Counted from the first letter of the stretch, positions 1 through 13,229 are shown. The stretch is DNA of 64,000 bases from Octopus vulgaris (GCA_951406725.2 OX597834.1:7812001-7876000); one strand, 5' to 3'. Notes: generated from the sequence alone by a model not told the origin. Program-made: numbers and translations.

Positions 1-319
1 TGCAGAAATTGGTAGTGAGTTCTGTATTTGTGAAAACTGCTGAAGCCAAACAGCATCAAAATCACAGTCAGTATCAGATGACATAATGAATGAGCATTCT
101 TTGCATCACTGCAAGATGACTTGTGATGTTATTCTCGTGCGTGTGATTCGTGAAGAACCAGGATGAGTAGAGACCAGGATGGAAAAGAAGCCTGCTACAG
201 GGCAAATTCGTAGAGAACATGTATATATATATATATACTTGGCAATAAATATTTAGGAGCAATTTTAGTTTATCTTTTAACATAGCATACTGCTGTCTAT
301 ATTAATTTTCTATGCGTGC

Positions 320-346
320 TTGTGTGTGTGTGTGTTTGTGTGTATT

Positions 347-377
<31 letters not shown>

Positions 378-440
378 GGTGCGTATCTGTGCGTTTGTGT
401 ATATGAATCCATATATCTGTGTATTTGTGTGCTTCCGCGT
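320..440. repeat. (GT)n microsatellite, degenerate
   Basis: Visible TG dinucleotide run; explains ORFs 310..534 and 312..518. Confidence 0.95.
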
Positions 441-673
441 GCAGTTGTTTGTGCGTGTACATATTGGCCGCTGATGTTATTGTCAAATGTAGCTTTAATG
501 AGCGCAATACGGGGATAGTTGCATCTATAGACATTATTGTCTTCTGAATCAGAAAAAAATTATTAAAAGGTTCAAACTTAACCCCGTATTTGTGACTTTG
601 AGCTTATAAACTACTTGGACATCATATCTTAGAACGAATTATGCGTTATCAAGTGTTACATTTTATAAAACAA

Positions 674-1058
674 CTAGCAGTATCGCCCGGCGTTGCTCGG
701 GTTTGTAAGGGAAATAACTATATAAGCATTTTTAGAGATGTAAAGTATAATAGCCATCTCAATATGGCTAACCACATTACTGTAGCTTTTTACGTTCTGA
801 GATTTAATAATAAATTTTTAGAGATTTACTTCCCTTGTATATGCAAAAAATGCATTAAAAATGGGAAAAATTGATTGTAATTCTTTTTAAAACTCGTAGA
901 CTCATCGTAGACGCTCGCTAATACCCAGAAGGGCTCGATATGAATCACGACTATAAGATACCCGATTTTGGTTAAACTGCACCGCAAAATGTGGGAGTAG
1001 TTAGGAATCTAAATCGTAGGAGACAGACAGCACACAACCTTACTTTTATATATAAGGA
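674..1058 (-). mobile_element. Non-autonomous Helitron, subfamily F1
   Basis: Minus strand starts TC(CTTATATATAAAA) and ends in hairpin CCCGAGCAACGCCGGG followed by CGATACTG-CTAG. Sits between A and T with no TSD. Homologous to 37709-38077. Confidence 0.8.
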
Positions 1059-2451
1059 TTACCAAAAATAACATTACATTTTAGAAGCTGTTAGATATCT
1101 GTTTTTCCCTGTATCCATTTAAGGCAACGTTTCCAAATATCTAAAATCTGTATGCTGCATCCATCATATACACTGCAGGCAATGCCTCTTGCGTGTCATC
1201 CTTTGATAATCTGACTCATTTGCTTACGCTGTACCGGCGTCTATGATTCATCAACGAATATAAAATCTTATTATACTACATTCATGGAAAGCTTCACATG
1301 AAAACTAAACGTTGAAAAATTTTGTTGAACATGTCTGCTCTATTATTTCAATGCATGTGTGATAAATATAATATGCATCTTAGTTATTGCTACTTAATTT
1401 GTTGTGTGATAATTTTATATATTTCATAGGCCACCACTAACAGTTTTCTCATACATTCATTAAAATACCGATATTATAAATTCTAAAATGACATAATAAT
1501 AAATTGAAAACAAAGGAAATTTAATAAACTGTAATATATTAAACATTCTTGGAGGGCGCTCGAATTCTAAGTAATTCTAAAGTAGAGTTTCAAGGTGTAA
1601 TACGTTAATAGAGTAACGTTGGAAATTTTCATTTATTTTTGGCAATTTCTTTAGGTTTTTATTTAAAACGAGTAAGATTATGATTCTCTACACAAATTGT
1701 TACTCCTTCACCATTTGAACACTAAACCTGAACCTTAAACACTAGTCCTAAACCGAAGCTCTAAGTCTCACTCTAAACTGTGGCCTTATACCTTAACCCT
1801 AAACATGCCATTAAAACCATAAACCGTAAGCAGCCATCCTTAAGTTACAATTCACTGCATACTCTAAGACACAAAAGAGTGACTGGAGGAAAAAAAGGAA
1901 AAACTTGTATGCATAATTATGATCTCTGCTGTTTAAAACATATAATTCTAAAATAATTTTAATGAGAAAAGTTAAAAAGGGAAAAGTTACGCCCGGTTGT
2001 GAAATATGAAATAGAGACGGCAGATGCAGGAGCGGTGGTTTGAGAAATTACAGTTTGTTGGGAAAAAAAATCTGGTTGATTCGTAACCGATTTTTAAAGC
2101 ATAAATTCGAAGAAAATACAGAAAAAAAATGAGGTAGAATGTTTTTTTACGAAACTTCGCCTTAGAAATTAAAATGCTTCCTCAGAATCTTCTCACCTTT
2201 CCTTCCACGAAATACCCATGACGGGGGATGGGCCTACACAGTGTAAGGGGAAAAAATGCAATTCAAAGTTGCAAAGCAAATGTCTGAATTGAAAATATTT
2301 ATTTTGCAGGAGCATATTCAATTAGGCAAGTGCTTTCGTCTGTAGAACTGCGTGGAAGAACTTTTGAATAAAATTTGTTGTAAAGAAATAGGAAAAGTGC
2401 AAAAATTTCTCTACGCGCACAAACATTCATTGCGCGCGCGACGTGTGGTAT

Positions 2452-2670
2452 GAAGTTGGCAAGCAAGGAAGCGCTCAAACAGTTAAATCAGGTGAAATGT
2501 TTAGGTTGCATTTCGTCTATCTTCACGTCCTGAATTCAAATACCACTAAGGTCGACTTTGTCTTTCATCCTTTCGGGGTCGATACAAACAAGTACCAGAC
2601 GAATACTGGAGTCGATGTAATCGACTTACATCCGATCTACAATATTTCTGTTATTATGTCAAACTTTGAT
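2452..2670 (+). mobile_element. Old SINE family B-like copy
   Basis: Contains gaattcaaatacc..aggtcgactttgtctttcatcctttcggggtcgata..aagtaccag, the family B core. Confidence 0.75.
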
Positions 2671-2764
2671 GCGAATATTTTTTTTTGTATATCCTACTTT
2701 TTTCGATCAGTTATTTTCGAATATATCGCAAGATAAGTTGTGTTGTGAACTGAGAAGTTTGTTT

Positions 2765-2791
2765 GTAGTAGTAGTAGTAGTAGTAGTAGTG

Positions 2792-2854
<63 letters not shown>

Positions 2855-2866
2855 TTGGTGGTGGTA
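2765..2866. repeat. (GTA)n/(GCA)n compound trinucleotide microsatellite
   Basis: Directly visible. Confidence 0.95.
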
Positions 2867-4124
2867 ATTCTGTTGATGATGGAGGTAAGGAGGATAGTTG
2901 TGAGGGACGTAGATATGATGGTGGGGATTAAGGTGGTGATCCCTAACAAAAGTTAGATGTAAATCAGCACAAAAACATAGGCATGTTAAAATACCACCAG
3001 TAATTCAACAGAAATTGTATAAGAGGAGTTTCCGTTTTGTTCTACAGAAAAGAATTACGACCATTTTTGGCAGAATATAACTGCAATTCTTTCAAAACGA
3101 TGGAATACATTTGCTACGAACAATTCTTAAAGAAACCGATAAGAAAACAGATACATCAAGTTGTACATTGTGGATGAAGTCGGGAAAATCGTTACTGAGC
3201 CATGGTAACGATTTAGTACTGTAAGAAAAACAGAAACGAAATGTTGAGAAACAGGGTGACTTAAAGCATGAAATTCTTTGATGTTGGTATATGAAACTTA
3301 TAAAGAACAGGCCAATTGAAGTCTGGTTTTTTGGAAATATGGTAAAGAATTGTGTGTAGCCTTTGAAAACTAGAACTAAAATGGGGATGCGTACTGTGTT
3401 AGTTAAAAGCAATTTATTAATCTGAGCAATAATTATCCCAAGTGTCCTCTTTACACCAAAAGGTAGATATGAACAACAAAATCGTTCTTTCAAACTACCA
3501 GCTATAGCTCTGGAGGCAGAGGGTGAAAATATCTCCATAACAGCTTTAGCAAATATATGAAAATATTGTAGTTGTACACCTTCATCATGCAACGTGTTAC
3601 AAAATAATAATTACACATTGGAAGTCTACAAAGATAAGTGAAAATACGACATGAAAAGGGAATGAAAATCACACAAAAAGAATAATCAACATAAAGCAAT
3701 AAACATAGATTATAACGAAGTCCTTCCTCAGGAAATTAGAATGTAATGAAGAAGAGGTAAATGAAGCAATTTCCACCGTTGTTCGAAAATCAAATAAGCA
3801 GGTAATATAGAAAATTACCTCTCTACGTCTCTATGGTGCCACAACGTTTCGCTAAGGTTATAATGTCACAAAACATTTAGGTTCAGAACATAAACAGATT
3901 GCAGAACATAGATTATTGTTAATAAAATAGAAGACATGACGCCTAAAGTATAACAGCTAAGCCTTTTTGTCCCGTATCAGTATTCTCATGCCTTTTACCT
4001 AAGCACGTTCGGCTGCTGTACATAGTCATACTAAGGCATTTGGTTTGTCGTGGAGTTAATTTGGACTCACATATCCGTTTTGACGACTGCTTGTTAATAT
4101 GTCACCTTTTATCAACGATGCTTT

Positions 4125-4126
<2 letters not shown>

Positions 4127-4172
<46 letters not shown>

Positions 4173-4185
4173 TCTCTCTCTCTCT
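4127..4185. repeat. (TC)n microsatellite
   Basis: Directly visible. Confidence 0.95.
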
Positions 4186-4707
4186 TGTGCTGCAACACAA
4201 AATTTACAGATAACATCGTATTTACACCGCTTCCGATATCTCTTAACTGAGTCTTCGCTGAAACATGCATTGAGGTATGTCTGACAATTCCATTCATTCT
4301 GTGATTTAGATAAGCGTTTAGTTTTAAAGGTACAGTCGTAAAGTATGAGAAATTCTCTCAAAAAGTCCTGGAATGGTTGTTGTGTTATTTGATTGAGGGA
4401 AGAATTAAACCATATCCGTCCCTTTATAAGCAGCGATATATAATTTTTCGCTTTGCTCTCTCTCGTGTGGCAAAGCAAAGCTGTTTCGTTTTCCAGCATT
4501 TTCCAACGTACATTTTCGTTGTAAATCTGTTGTAGGAAAAATTCCGTTTGTTCATTTGGTATCGAATATACTTTAATCTCAACACAACTGAAATTTTAAG
4601 GGAATACAATATCAGAATATTTGCAAGAACCGCTTTGCTGCTATTGCTTCTCTTAATCATCATCATCATCATCATCATCATTGTTATTATTTATTATTAT
4701 TATTATT

Positions 4708-6493
4708 CAGTAGTTTTATTTTTATAGCGTGCTTTCACTTCACTACCGAGCGCAGCTCTGTGTGCCTTGGGTATGTGCTGTGATTTGTTGTGATGCTCTG
4801 ATGGTTATTGTATGGAAAGTGTTCTGCGTAGGATGTGTGCAGTGCCTAGTTGTGCAATTTTCTCTATGTTATATGTGTTTGTAAGTCCTGGTGTTTTTGT
4901 TATGTATTTGTCTGAATATTTTTTTATCATGCCTAATGCACCTACTATGATAGGAATTGTTTCTGTTTTCAGATTCCACATTCTAGTTACCTCTATTTCC
5001 AGGTCTTTGTATTTTGAGAGTTTCTCCATTTCTTTTAGAGACACGTTGTCATCAGCCGGTATTGATACATCAATTAGAAAGCATTTTTTTCTTCATGGTC
5101 TCTGACAACTATATCTGGTCTGTTGGCCTTAATTTCTCTATCTGTGTGTATCGGCATATCCCAGAGTATGGTTGCTTTCTCGTTTTCTGTGACCTTTTCT
5201 GGTGTGTGCCTATACCATCTTTTTTCTGTTGTTATTCCATAATGTTGGCATAGCTTCCAATGTATGTAGGTTACAACTCTGTCATGTCCGTGAATATATT
5301 CCTTCTTAGCCAGGACTGGGCAGCTAGAGATAATATGATTTATTGTTTCTTGTCCATCTCCACATATTCTGCAGTTACTTGTAATATTTCTTTTCATTAC
5401 ATGTTTTTGGTAATTTCTGGTGAGGAGGCTTTGGTCTTGTGCTGCAATTAAAAATCCCTCTGTTTCTGCTTTGAGTCCTGAGCTTCTCAACCATTGCTGG
5501 GATTTTTCTTTGTCTATTTCTATTGCGTTTAGTTTAGTCCAGTATTTACCATGAAGGTGCTTTTCTTGCCATCGTTTTATCATGGTTCGTTGCTGTTCTA
5601 TTTTTAGTTTGGATTCCATTTGTTTTATAGCTTTTGTTGTTTCTTCATCTTCTTCTTCTTCTTCTTCATGTTTATTAGGTGGTATGATTTCTTGTTTGTA
5701 TTTGTCAGCTTCCTTAAATACTGAGAACAGTTTTTGTTTTGCTCGTGTTTTGCCGCTATCTGGATCAGTTTTCCTTCCTTCTGAAGTAGATATTTTTGCA
5801 GTCCTATGGTGGTTATTTTATAGTAGTTTTCCAGCTGTATAAGGCCTCTACCACCTTCTATACGTTGTATATATAGTCTTTCTATGTCAGATTTTGGGTG
5901 ATGCATCCTAGATCCTGTCATTATTTTTCTTGTTTTCCTATCTATTTTGGTCAGTTCATTTCGGGTCCAGTTAAGGATATTGTAGCTGTAACTTATAACT
6001 TGGACAGCTAAAGTGTTGATACCTATTATCTTGTTTTTAGCATTGAGCTCTGTGTTTAGTATTGATCTAACTCGTCTATAATATTCTTTTTTTATTTTCT
6101 CTTTCATTTGTGTGTGTTGTGTCTTATCTAGTTCACGGATTCCTAAATATTTGTAAGTTTGGCTTTGGTCTAATTCTTTTATTTCATTGGTTTTATCTAG
6201 TGTGATGTTGTTACTCTTAACTAGTTTTACTCTTTTCAGGGTTACTTTGGCGCATTTTTCTAATCCAAATTTCATATCTATTTCTTTGGTAAATCCATGA
6301 ACTGTCTTTAATAGTGTTTCCAGCTGTTTGTCATTTGCAGCGTATAGCTTTAGGTCATCCATATATAAAAGGTGGCTGATCGTTTTGCCGTAACATTTAT
6401 ATCCGCATCCAGTTCTATTTAGCATATCAGATAGAGGTGACAGTGCCAAGCAGAAAAGGAGTGGAGAGAGCGTGTCTCCCTGGAATATTCCTC
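4708..6493 (-). mobile_element. 5'-truncated RLE-type non-LTR retrotransposon (R4/Dong-like) inserted in a (TAA)n tract
   Basis: Minus strand starts at RGIFQGDTLSPLLF (RT), followed by C-terminal domains and a ~100-nt 3' UTR with AATAAA. TTA repeats flank both ends (4684-4707 and 6494-6540). Confidence 0.88.
4805..6491 (-). pseudogene. Frameshifted RT / CCHC zinc knuckle / restriction-like endonuclease ORF (pieces 5625-6449, 5074-5619, 4805-5044)
   Basis: Motifs HLLYMDDLKLY, YKYLGI, GGRGL, CRICGDGQETINHIISSC (CX2CX8HX4C), HGHDRV (RHD-like), NRPDIVV (PD) and EKLSKYKDL (KxxKY). At least two frameshifts, near 5730 and 5085. Confidence 0.9.
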
Positions 6494-6540
<47 letters not shown>

Positions 6541-6714
6541 GTGGTTTTTTGTTGTTCAGGTCACTGCTTGGAATTGAACTTGGAAACTTGGGGTAAGTAG
6601 CCCGCGCTCTAAACCACTACGCCATATACCCGTAGTGGTTAAAGGTTCGGGCTACTAACCCCAAGATTCCGAGTTCGATTCCAAGCAGTGACCTGAACAA
6701 CAAAAAACAACCAC
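6541..6714. repeat. Palindrome of two head-to-head tRNA-like units, each with a (TAA)n tail
   Basis: 6541-6621 is the imperfect reverse complement of 6631-6714, with a 9-nt loop. Units carry A-box-like (GGCG)TAGTGGTT and B-box GAGTTCGATTCC. Confidence 0.85.
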
Positions 6715-6781
6715 AATAATAATAATAATAATGATAATAATAATAATGATAATGATGATGATGATAATAATAACAATAATG

Positions 6782-6842
<61 letters not shown>

Positions 6843-6978
6843 TAATAATAATAATAATAATGATGATGATGATGATAATAATAATGACGATAATACTACT
6901 ACTACTACTAATAATAATAATAATGATATTAATACTACTACTATTACTACTACTACTACTAATAATAATAATAAAAAT

Positions 6979-7023
<45 letters not shown>
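6715..7023. repeat. Long (TAA)n with TGA/TAC variants
   Basis: Directly visible; source of the poly-I/L ORF 6731..7228. Confidence 0.95.
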
Positions 7024-7024
<1 letters not shown>

Positions 7025-7399
7025 TTCTATTCATTAATTCCACAAGGAAGTCAAAATGATAGGTTGCATTACGTAAACATAAATAAATGTATCTATATAT
7101 ATATATATACATATAGTCATATATGTATATTTGAATACACATACATGCAAGTGTATATGTGTGGAGGGACAGAAACACATAAATATATATTAGACGTATT
7201 AAAGAATATAAGTAAAGATGGTGTGTAGTTTACATTTCAAAAGACTTTCATTTTCAAAAGTGTTTTTTACATATCAATGGGAAATTTTCATAGTTTAAAA
7301 AAATATTTTTCGATATATTTCAAAGCGGCTGTCATACGTTTCACTCAAACACACACACATACACATTCATAGGCATATATATGTTATATGCTCAAAAAT

Positions 7400-7564
7400 A
7401 CACATATGTATGTGTATATATATATATATATATATATACAAATATATATACGTACACATAAGTATATACATATATAATATATAATATATATATATATATG
7501 TACACATAATTATATACATATATATATATACATATATACACATATATATATATATTCATATATA

Positions 7565-7620
<56 letters not shown>

Positions 7621-7670
7621 CATATATAATATATAATATATAATATGTAATATGTATATATATATACACA
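7400..7670. repeat. (TA)n-rich microsatellite
   Basis: Directly visible. Confidence 0.95.
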
Positions 7671-8099
7671 TACATTATTTCCTATATACGTGTGCGAGAA
7701 TGTGCGAACGTGCGAATGGCTTTTTCTGAAAGTTCTCCATTTTGAATTTCAACTACTTTATGTTCAGCTCACAGTATGAGCGATATTTCTGTTGATTGGA
7801 TCTTTTGTATATTTCAAATTAAACTATTCAAACATACCCACACAAACATCCACATACATCCGTACAGGAACATAAACAAATACTCACTTTAGATAAATGC
7901 AAGTATATACATTTTATATATCAGTATATATATGTTTGTTTTGTTTATGTATAAATAATTACATACATACTTACATAAGCTTCGCACAATCATATATATA
8001 TGTGTGTGCGTGTGTGTGTTCGTGTGTCATTAAACACACCTTACATTACATAAATTTGCATAATAGTTATTTAACAGTACGTTGCTGAAAGTATAAATC

Positions 8100-8102
<3 letters not shown>

Positions 8103-8159
<57 letters not shown>

Positions 8160-8325
8160 ATACATATAGGCATATATATATAAAATATATATGTATATAA
8201 ATATATATATATATATATGTATATATATAAAAATGCATATATATATACATATATATATATTTATATATATATACATATGTTTATAAATAATTGTGTGTAT
8301 ATATATATAAATGTATATATATATG

Positions 8326-8377
<52 letters not shown>

Positions 8378-8582
8378 TATATACATATGTATATACATAT
8401 AAATGTATGTATATATTCATAAAACAGCCATATATGTAACATATATATATATTTATATATGTATATATATATTCACATAAGTACATATGTATATGTATAT
8501 CTATGTATCTATCTCTCACTCTCTTTTCTTCTCACACACTCTCTTTCTCCCTCTGTATACTCACACACACACACACACACAG

Positions 8583-8625
<43 letters not shown>

Positions 8626-8632
8626 TATATAT
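8103..8632. repeat. (TA)n and (CA)n microsatellite block
   Basis: Directly visible. Confidence 0.95.
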
Positions 8633-9647
8633 ATAAACAATAGAAATTTTAAATGTTCAAAATGTAGAAATAAATGAAAAAAAATACATTAACCGAAAAA
8701 CTGTGAAGAAATATTCGACAATTCTTTTGAATGTATAATTTAACTTTAACTGACATATTTTTGTCTGCCTTTCAACAGTTTAGTTGTTTTTTTTAAATCT
8801 TGTTTTCTTTTTCTCTCTCTTCCTTTCTCTTGCCTTTCTTCTCTATCACATTACTTTGACATACTTATTGCGTATATGGCGTGTTAAGTTTTTGGGCATT
8901 CTTATTGTTGTTTTTTTTTTAAATTTATTATCGACGCATCACACTCACACATACACACACTCTCTCTTTGTCTATCCTGTTTTACTTATTTTTATGGCTA
9001 TGAAATAATTTTCATAAACATACTTTTATATATTTCTCGCTTCAAATTTTTCTATAGTTACCTTTCCTATTTCCGCCTCTATATTCCTTTTTATCTTTCT
9101 CTCATTAATACAGTTCATTGTATCTCGTTCCTTTACGTCTGTTTTCATTTGTCATACTATCTAAGACTGCATTCTCTTTCCGTCGTTCTCTTTCGCTTTT
9201 CATTTCTTGAAAATTATGCATTATCCACGAGGATTTTTCCCTTTTTCACAAATGATATTTAATTTTGTACTAAAGTTGACCAAATCCTGCAGAACACGAC
9301 CAATCACACTTGCTTGTAATTAAAGACGCATTCCTTTATTTCTTACACATATATAGCTATACTGGACCCTACAGTTATAGTCGAAAGTACATATTATATA
9401 TTTAACTTTCAGAAGCATGGTGATATCTTAATCTCTTTGAACTACTTGATACTTCACATTTATTATTGTGCATGATATTTTATGTTCCTTTGATTCTACG
9501 CCCTCACATATATGCAATTGCGTATATACATAGATAGAAACATCCGTACATAAATGCCTTTTCCCATATATACGCATAGACACACAATATATATGCACCT
9601 AAACACACAAACCCAGCGACGCACAACACATATACATACACACACAT

Positions 9648-9704
<57 letters not shown>

Positions 9705-9721
9705 TGTTTATATGCGTACCG

Positions 9722-9942
9722 AAGTCAGGACGCCATGATAGATCGTTAGCTCCTACACGCATGTTTTTCTATCCTTATTTCTCTCCCTTTTTTTTTCTGT
9801 GTATCTTTCTGTCGAAGAGCGTAGGCTCGAAATGTAAAAGACTTTTTCTATTTCTATTCCTCAGCGCTATACTAATACATTTGTTTGTTTGTACTCCACC
9901 TGCCTTCGTCTTTTGTTTATTTTCTTAAACTTTCCCGTTATA
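9722..9942 (+). mobile_element. Family D short element with hammerhead-like motif (Penelope pLTR / retrozyme-like)
   Basis: TCTTT-CTGTCGA-A-GAG cgtagg CTC-GAAA-TG-T-A-AAAGA at 9804-9841. Homologous to 13998, 27115, 32185 and 63225. Confidence 0.7.
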
Positions 9943-10422
9943 TATCTACACGTTCATATTCGACGAATTATTTTGTGACCCAGAAATGTAGATAACTGCC
10001 AAAGTAGATACCTTAAACGTAAACATATTCATACACTGAAAATAAAATTGTTGTGAATATGATTGAGATGAAAAATAATGTATACTGGAAACGAAAAAGA
10101 AATGTTGTTCGTTATTTCGTTATATGAACAAAATCTTGCAACTCCATGTTGTTTTTAAAACTCACAGAATACATTACAATAGCTTGATTTTTAACTTATA
10201 TTTTGTATTATAAATTTCATACAGTCAAACAAACATAAACGTATATATTTATAATTGTATGTCAAAGAGATAGAAACGAAAAAGCAGCCTTATATTGTTT
10301 TCCAGATTAAGAATATTACCAACTGAAAATTATTAACAAAATTTTTTAAAAAATTAAATTAAATTTGAAATTCAAATTTCTCTTCTTCTAATTAAACACC
10401 CGCTGCAAGTAAACTGTATATA

Positions 10423-10828
10423 TCTTTTGCTTGTTTCAATCATTTGACTGCGGCCATGCTGGAGCACCGCCTTTAATCGAGCAACTCGACTCCGGGACTT
10501 ATCCTTTTGTAAGCCCAGTACTTATTCTATCGGTCTCTTTTGCCGAACCGCTAAGTAACGGGGACGTAACCATACCAGCATCGGTTGTCAACCAATGCTA
10601 GGGGGACAAACACAGACACACAAACATATACACATGAATATATACATATATATATACATATATACGACGGACTTCTTTTCAGTTTCCGTCTACCAAATCC
10701 ACTCACAAGGCTTTGGTCGGCCCGAGGCTATAGTAGACGACACTTGTCCAAGGTGCCACGCAGTGGGACCGAACCCGGAACCATGTGGTTGGTAAACAAG
10801 CTACTTACCGCACTGCCACTCCCGCGCC
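10423..10828 (-). mobile_element. SINE family A (tRNA-derived, CORE-like, internal TA/TG microsatellite)
   Basis: Family consensus: head GGAGTGGCTGTGTGG / GGGTTCAGTCCC (pol III A/B-box-like), CORE-like ACCTTGGGCAAGT, tail GTAAAAGA. Many copies in the window. Confidence 0.85.
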
Positions 10829-11327
10829 TATCATTTACACTTTGTTTCTGTTATTCTTGATGAAATCCAATAAACTTGAAGATACAGTTAATATAATTCA
10901 AGACTATACAGATATATATGTTACCCCTACACGGAATAACACACACACACACACACATACACACACACACGCACAAGCACACATAAATATAAATGTATGT
11001 GTTTGTGTATACTTGTGTGTGTGTGTTTAAATGGGAGTATACTTGTGTGTTACAGTGTCGTTGTGTACGGTACGGTATCTTCGTATCTTTCGCTGTGTAC
11101 ATGTTAGAAAAATATATATTTAAAATTGATATAAATCTGTACAATATATAGAATAGTGTGTTGAAATTGCTGCAAAAAATACACGTGAAGAAAGTAATAT
11201 GCATTAAGATTCGAATATTCAATTGCTTATCTCTCTACAACGCTGCTATATACGCATGTACGTACACACTCGGGCATATATCAATCTAGGTAAGTGCACT
11301 ACATATATGCGGGTATTCTTTTTTAGC

Positions 11328-11385
<58 letters not shown>

Positions 11386-11454
11386 AAACATATATATTTA
11401 TTTATAAATATATATATATATATATACACACATATATATATTTATATATTTATA

Positions 11455-11533
<79 letters not shown>

Positions 11534-11534
11534 T

Positions 11535-11567
<33 letters not shown>

Positions 11568-11808
11568 CTCTGTATGTACGTATGTATACATAGAGAGTGG
11601 GAGAAAGAGGAAGAGAGAGATGTAGAAGTATAGATATATAGACTCATATATATTTATGTATACACACACACACATATATATATATCTTTATATATCCAAA
11701 GCTAAAATTTTATATACGTGCAAATACAGCTAAATATGTATATGCAAGAAAACCTACATAATCTAGAAACACGCGTAAATGTGCGAGTGTGTGCATGCGT
11801 ATGATAGC

Positions 11809-11848
<40 letters not shown>

Positions 11849-12010
11849 TTTTGTGTGTGTTTTGTATGTGTATATATATGTATATATATGTATATATGTA
11901 TGTATATGTATACACATACGCGCACACACATTTATATGTCGGTGTGTGTGTTTGTGTGTGTGTGCATGTGTGTGTGTGTATGTGTGTGTGCGTGCGTGTG
12001 TGTGTGTATA
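11328..12010. repeat. (TA)n/(TG)n microsatellite block
   Basis: Directly visible. Confidence 0.95.
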
Positions 12011-12550
12011 GCTGTAAATATATGAACATTTATACAGCAACGCAGTATAGGTAACACATCGATCGTTCATATTCACACAGTGTATAACATACATAGAAAT
12101 GTCATGTTGTACAAAACTATATTTTTTTCCAGACTCAGAAATATTTTTCTAAAGTTACGCATGGAATTCTAAATAAAAATGTTTAAAATTAACATTCTCT
12201 CTTCGTCTGGAAGAACTCTTTTTATCAGTACATTTCTTTTTTTTTAAAGTTGTTTATTTCTTTTTTTATTATTCCTCAAACTTTTCGCCCCCAGGAATTG
12301 CCAGTCTACTACGTGCGTGTACACTCTCCAGTCTAATGTTGCTTCATTTTCTTTAATATTTTCTTTCTCCATGTATTTACACATCTAACGGTTTATTTCT
12401 TAATTTGTCTTTCTATCTAACTACTTGTTTATTATTCTGTTTAACAGCCTAACATCGGATAAACTAACGTATGTTAATGCCTTTGCAATTGCGAACGTAC
12501 TCCACAAAAATACGCTTCCTCTGTCGCACAGACTTATTCACTTACGCTTG

Positions 12551-12596
<46 letters not shown>

Positions 12597-12719
12597 TGAG
12601 AGGGAATCCACTATGTGGATGCCCTTTCGCCCAAAAGAGATCCGCATGAGTCTCAACCACTAAGAATTTTCTCAAGAAAAATTTAGCACACTAATATCCC
12701 ACATTTTCACCCTCATTTT

Positions 12720-12769
<50 letters not shown>

Positions 12770-12773
<4 letters not shown>

Positions 12774-12884
12774 AACACATAAAGAAACAAAGAGAGAAAA
12801 AAATGGGTGTAGTGGCTACCGATATATATAGATATATATGTATAGGTGATTTCCCAAATATAGACAACAAACAGATGTGTGTGT
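12770..12884 (-). mobile_element. Inverted partial family D copy spanning a D-D junction
   Basis: Reverse complement of about 13915-14052 with an internal deletion. Confidence 0.75.
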
Positions 12885-13229
12885 CCTTAACATTAATGTG
12901 AGCACATATTCTTAATAATTGGTACGACTCTCTGTTTGTCTCTCTCTCTCTCTCATTTTTACTTGATCTGTCCCCCTCTCTCTCTTTTCTCTCCACTCAT
13001 CCTCTTTTTCTCTTCTCTTTCCTCTGATTCTTTGGTCTAGTCTTCCACTACCCTCCTATTTCTTTGTCTCGCTCTGCACTCACAGGTCATTCTTCGACAC
13101 CCATCCCTTCTCCTCTCTGATTCCTTCTTTCTCTCTCTTCTCTCTCTTTGTTGCGTTTGTCCCTCCTCTCTCTCTCTCTCCTCTCTCTCTCTCTTCCTTT
13201 GCTTCTCTTTCTTTTCTTTTCCCTCTTCT

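Noticed and set aside
1-283. Possible exon or ORF at the window start (74..283, minus)
   Set aside because: No recognisable domain, includes a TA run, and has stops in the other frames; cannot be supported without transcripts.
3092-3592. 166-aa minus-strand ORF
   Set aside because: No motif recognised. The plus strand has only faint LINE-like traces, too decayed to call.
6541-6714. tRNA gene call
   Set aside because: A/B boxes are present, but I could not establish a full acceptor stem and cloverleaf, and the units have repeat tails; treated as tRNA-derived repeats.
6731-7228. Hydrophobic poly-I/L ORF, and all YIYI/THTH/CVCV/LSIY/ERER ORFs in the track
   Set aside because: These are translations of microsatellites.
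10585-10860. Recurrent ORFs such as ..RLPNPLTRLWSARGYSRRH.. found at many loci
   Set aside because: Incidental frames of SINE family A; frame and length change with the internal microsatellite.
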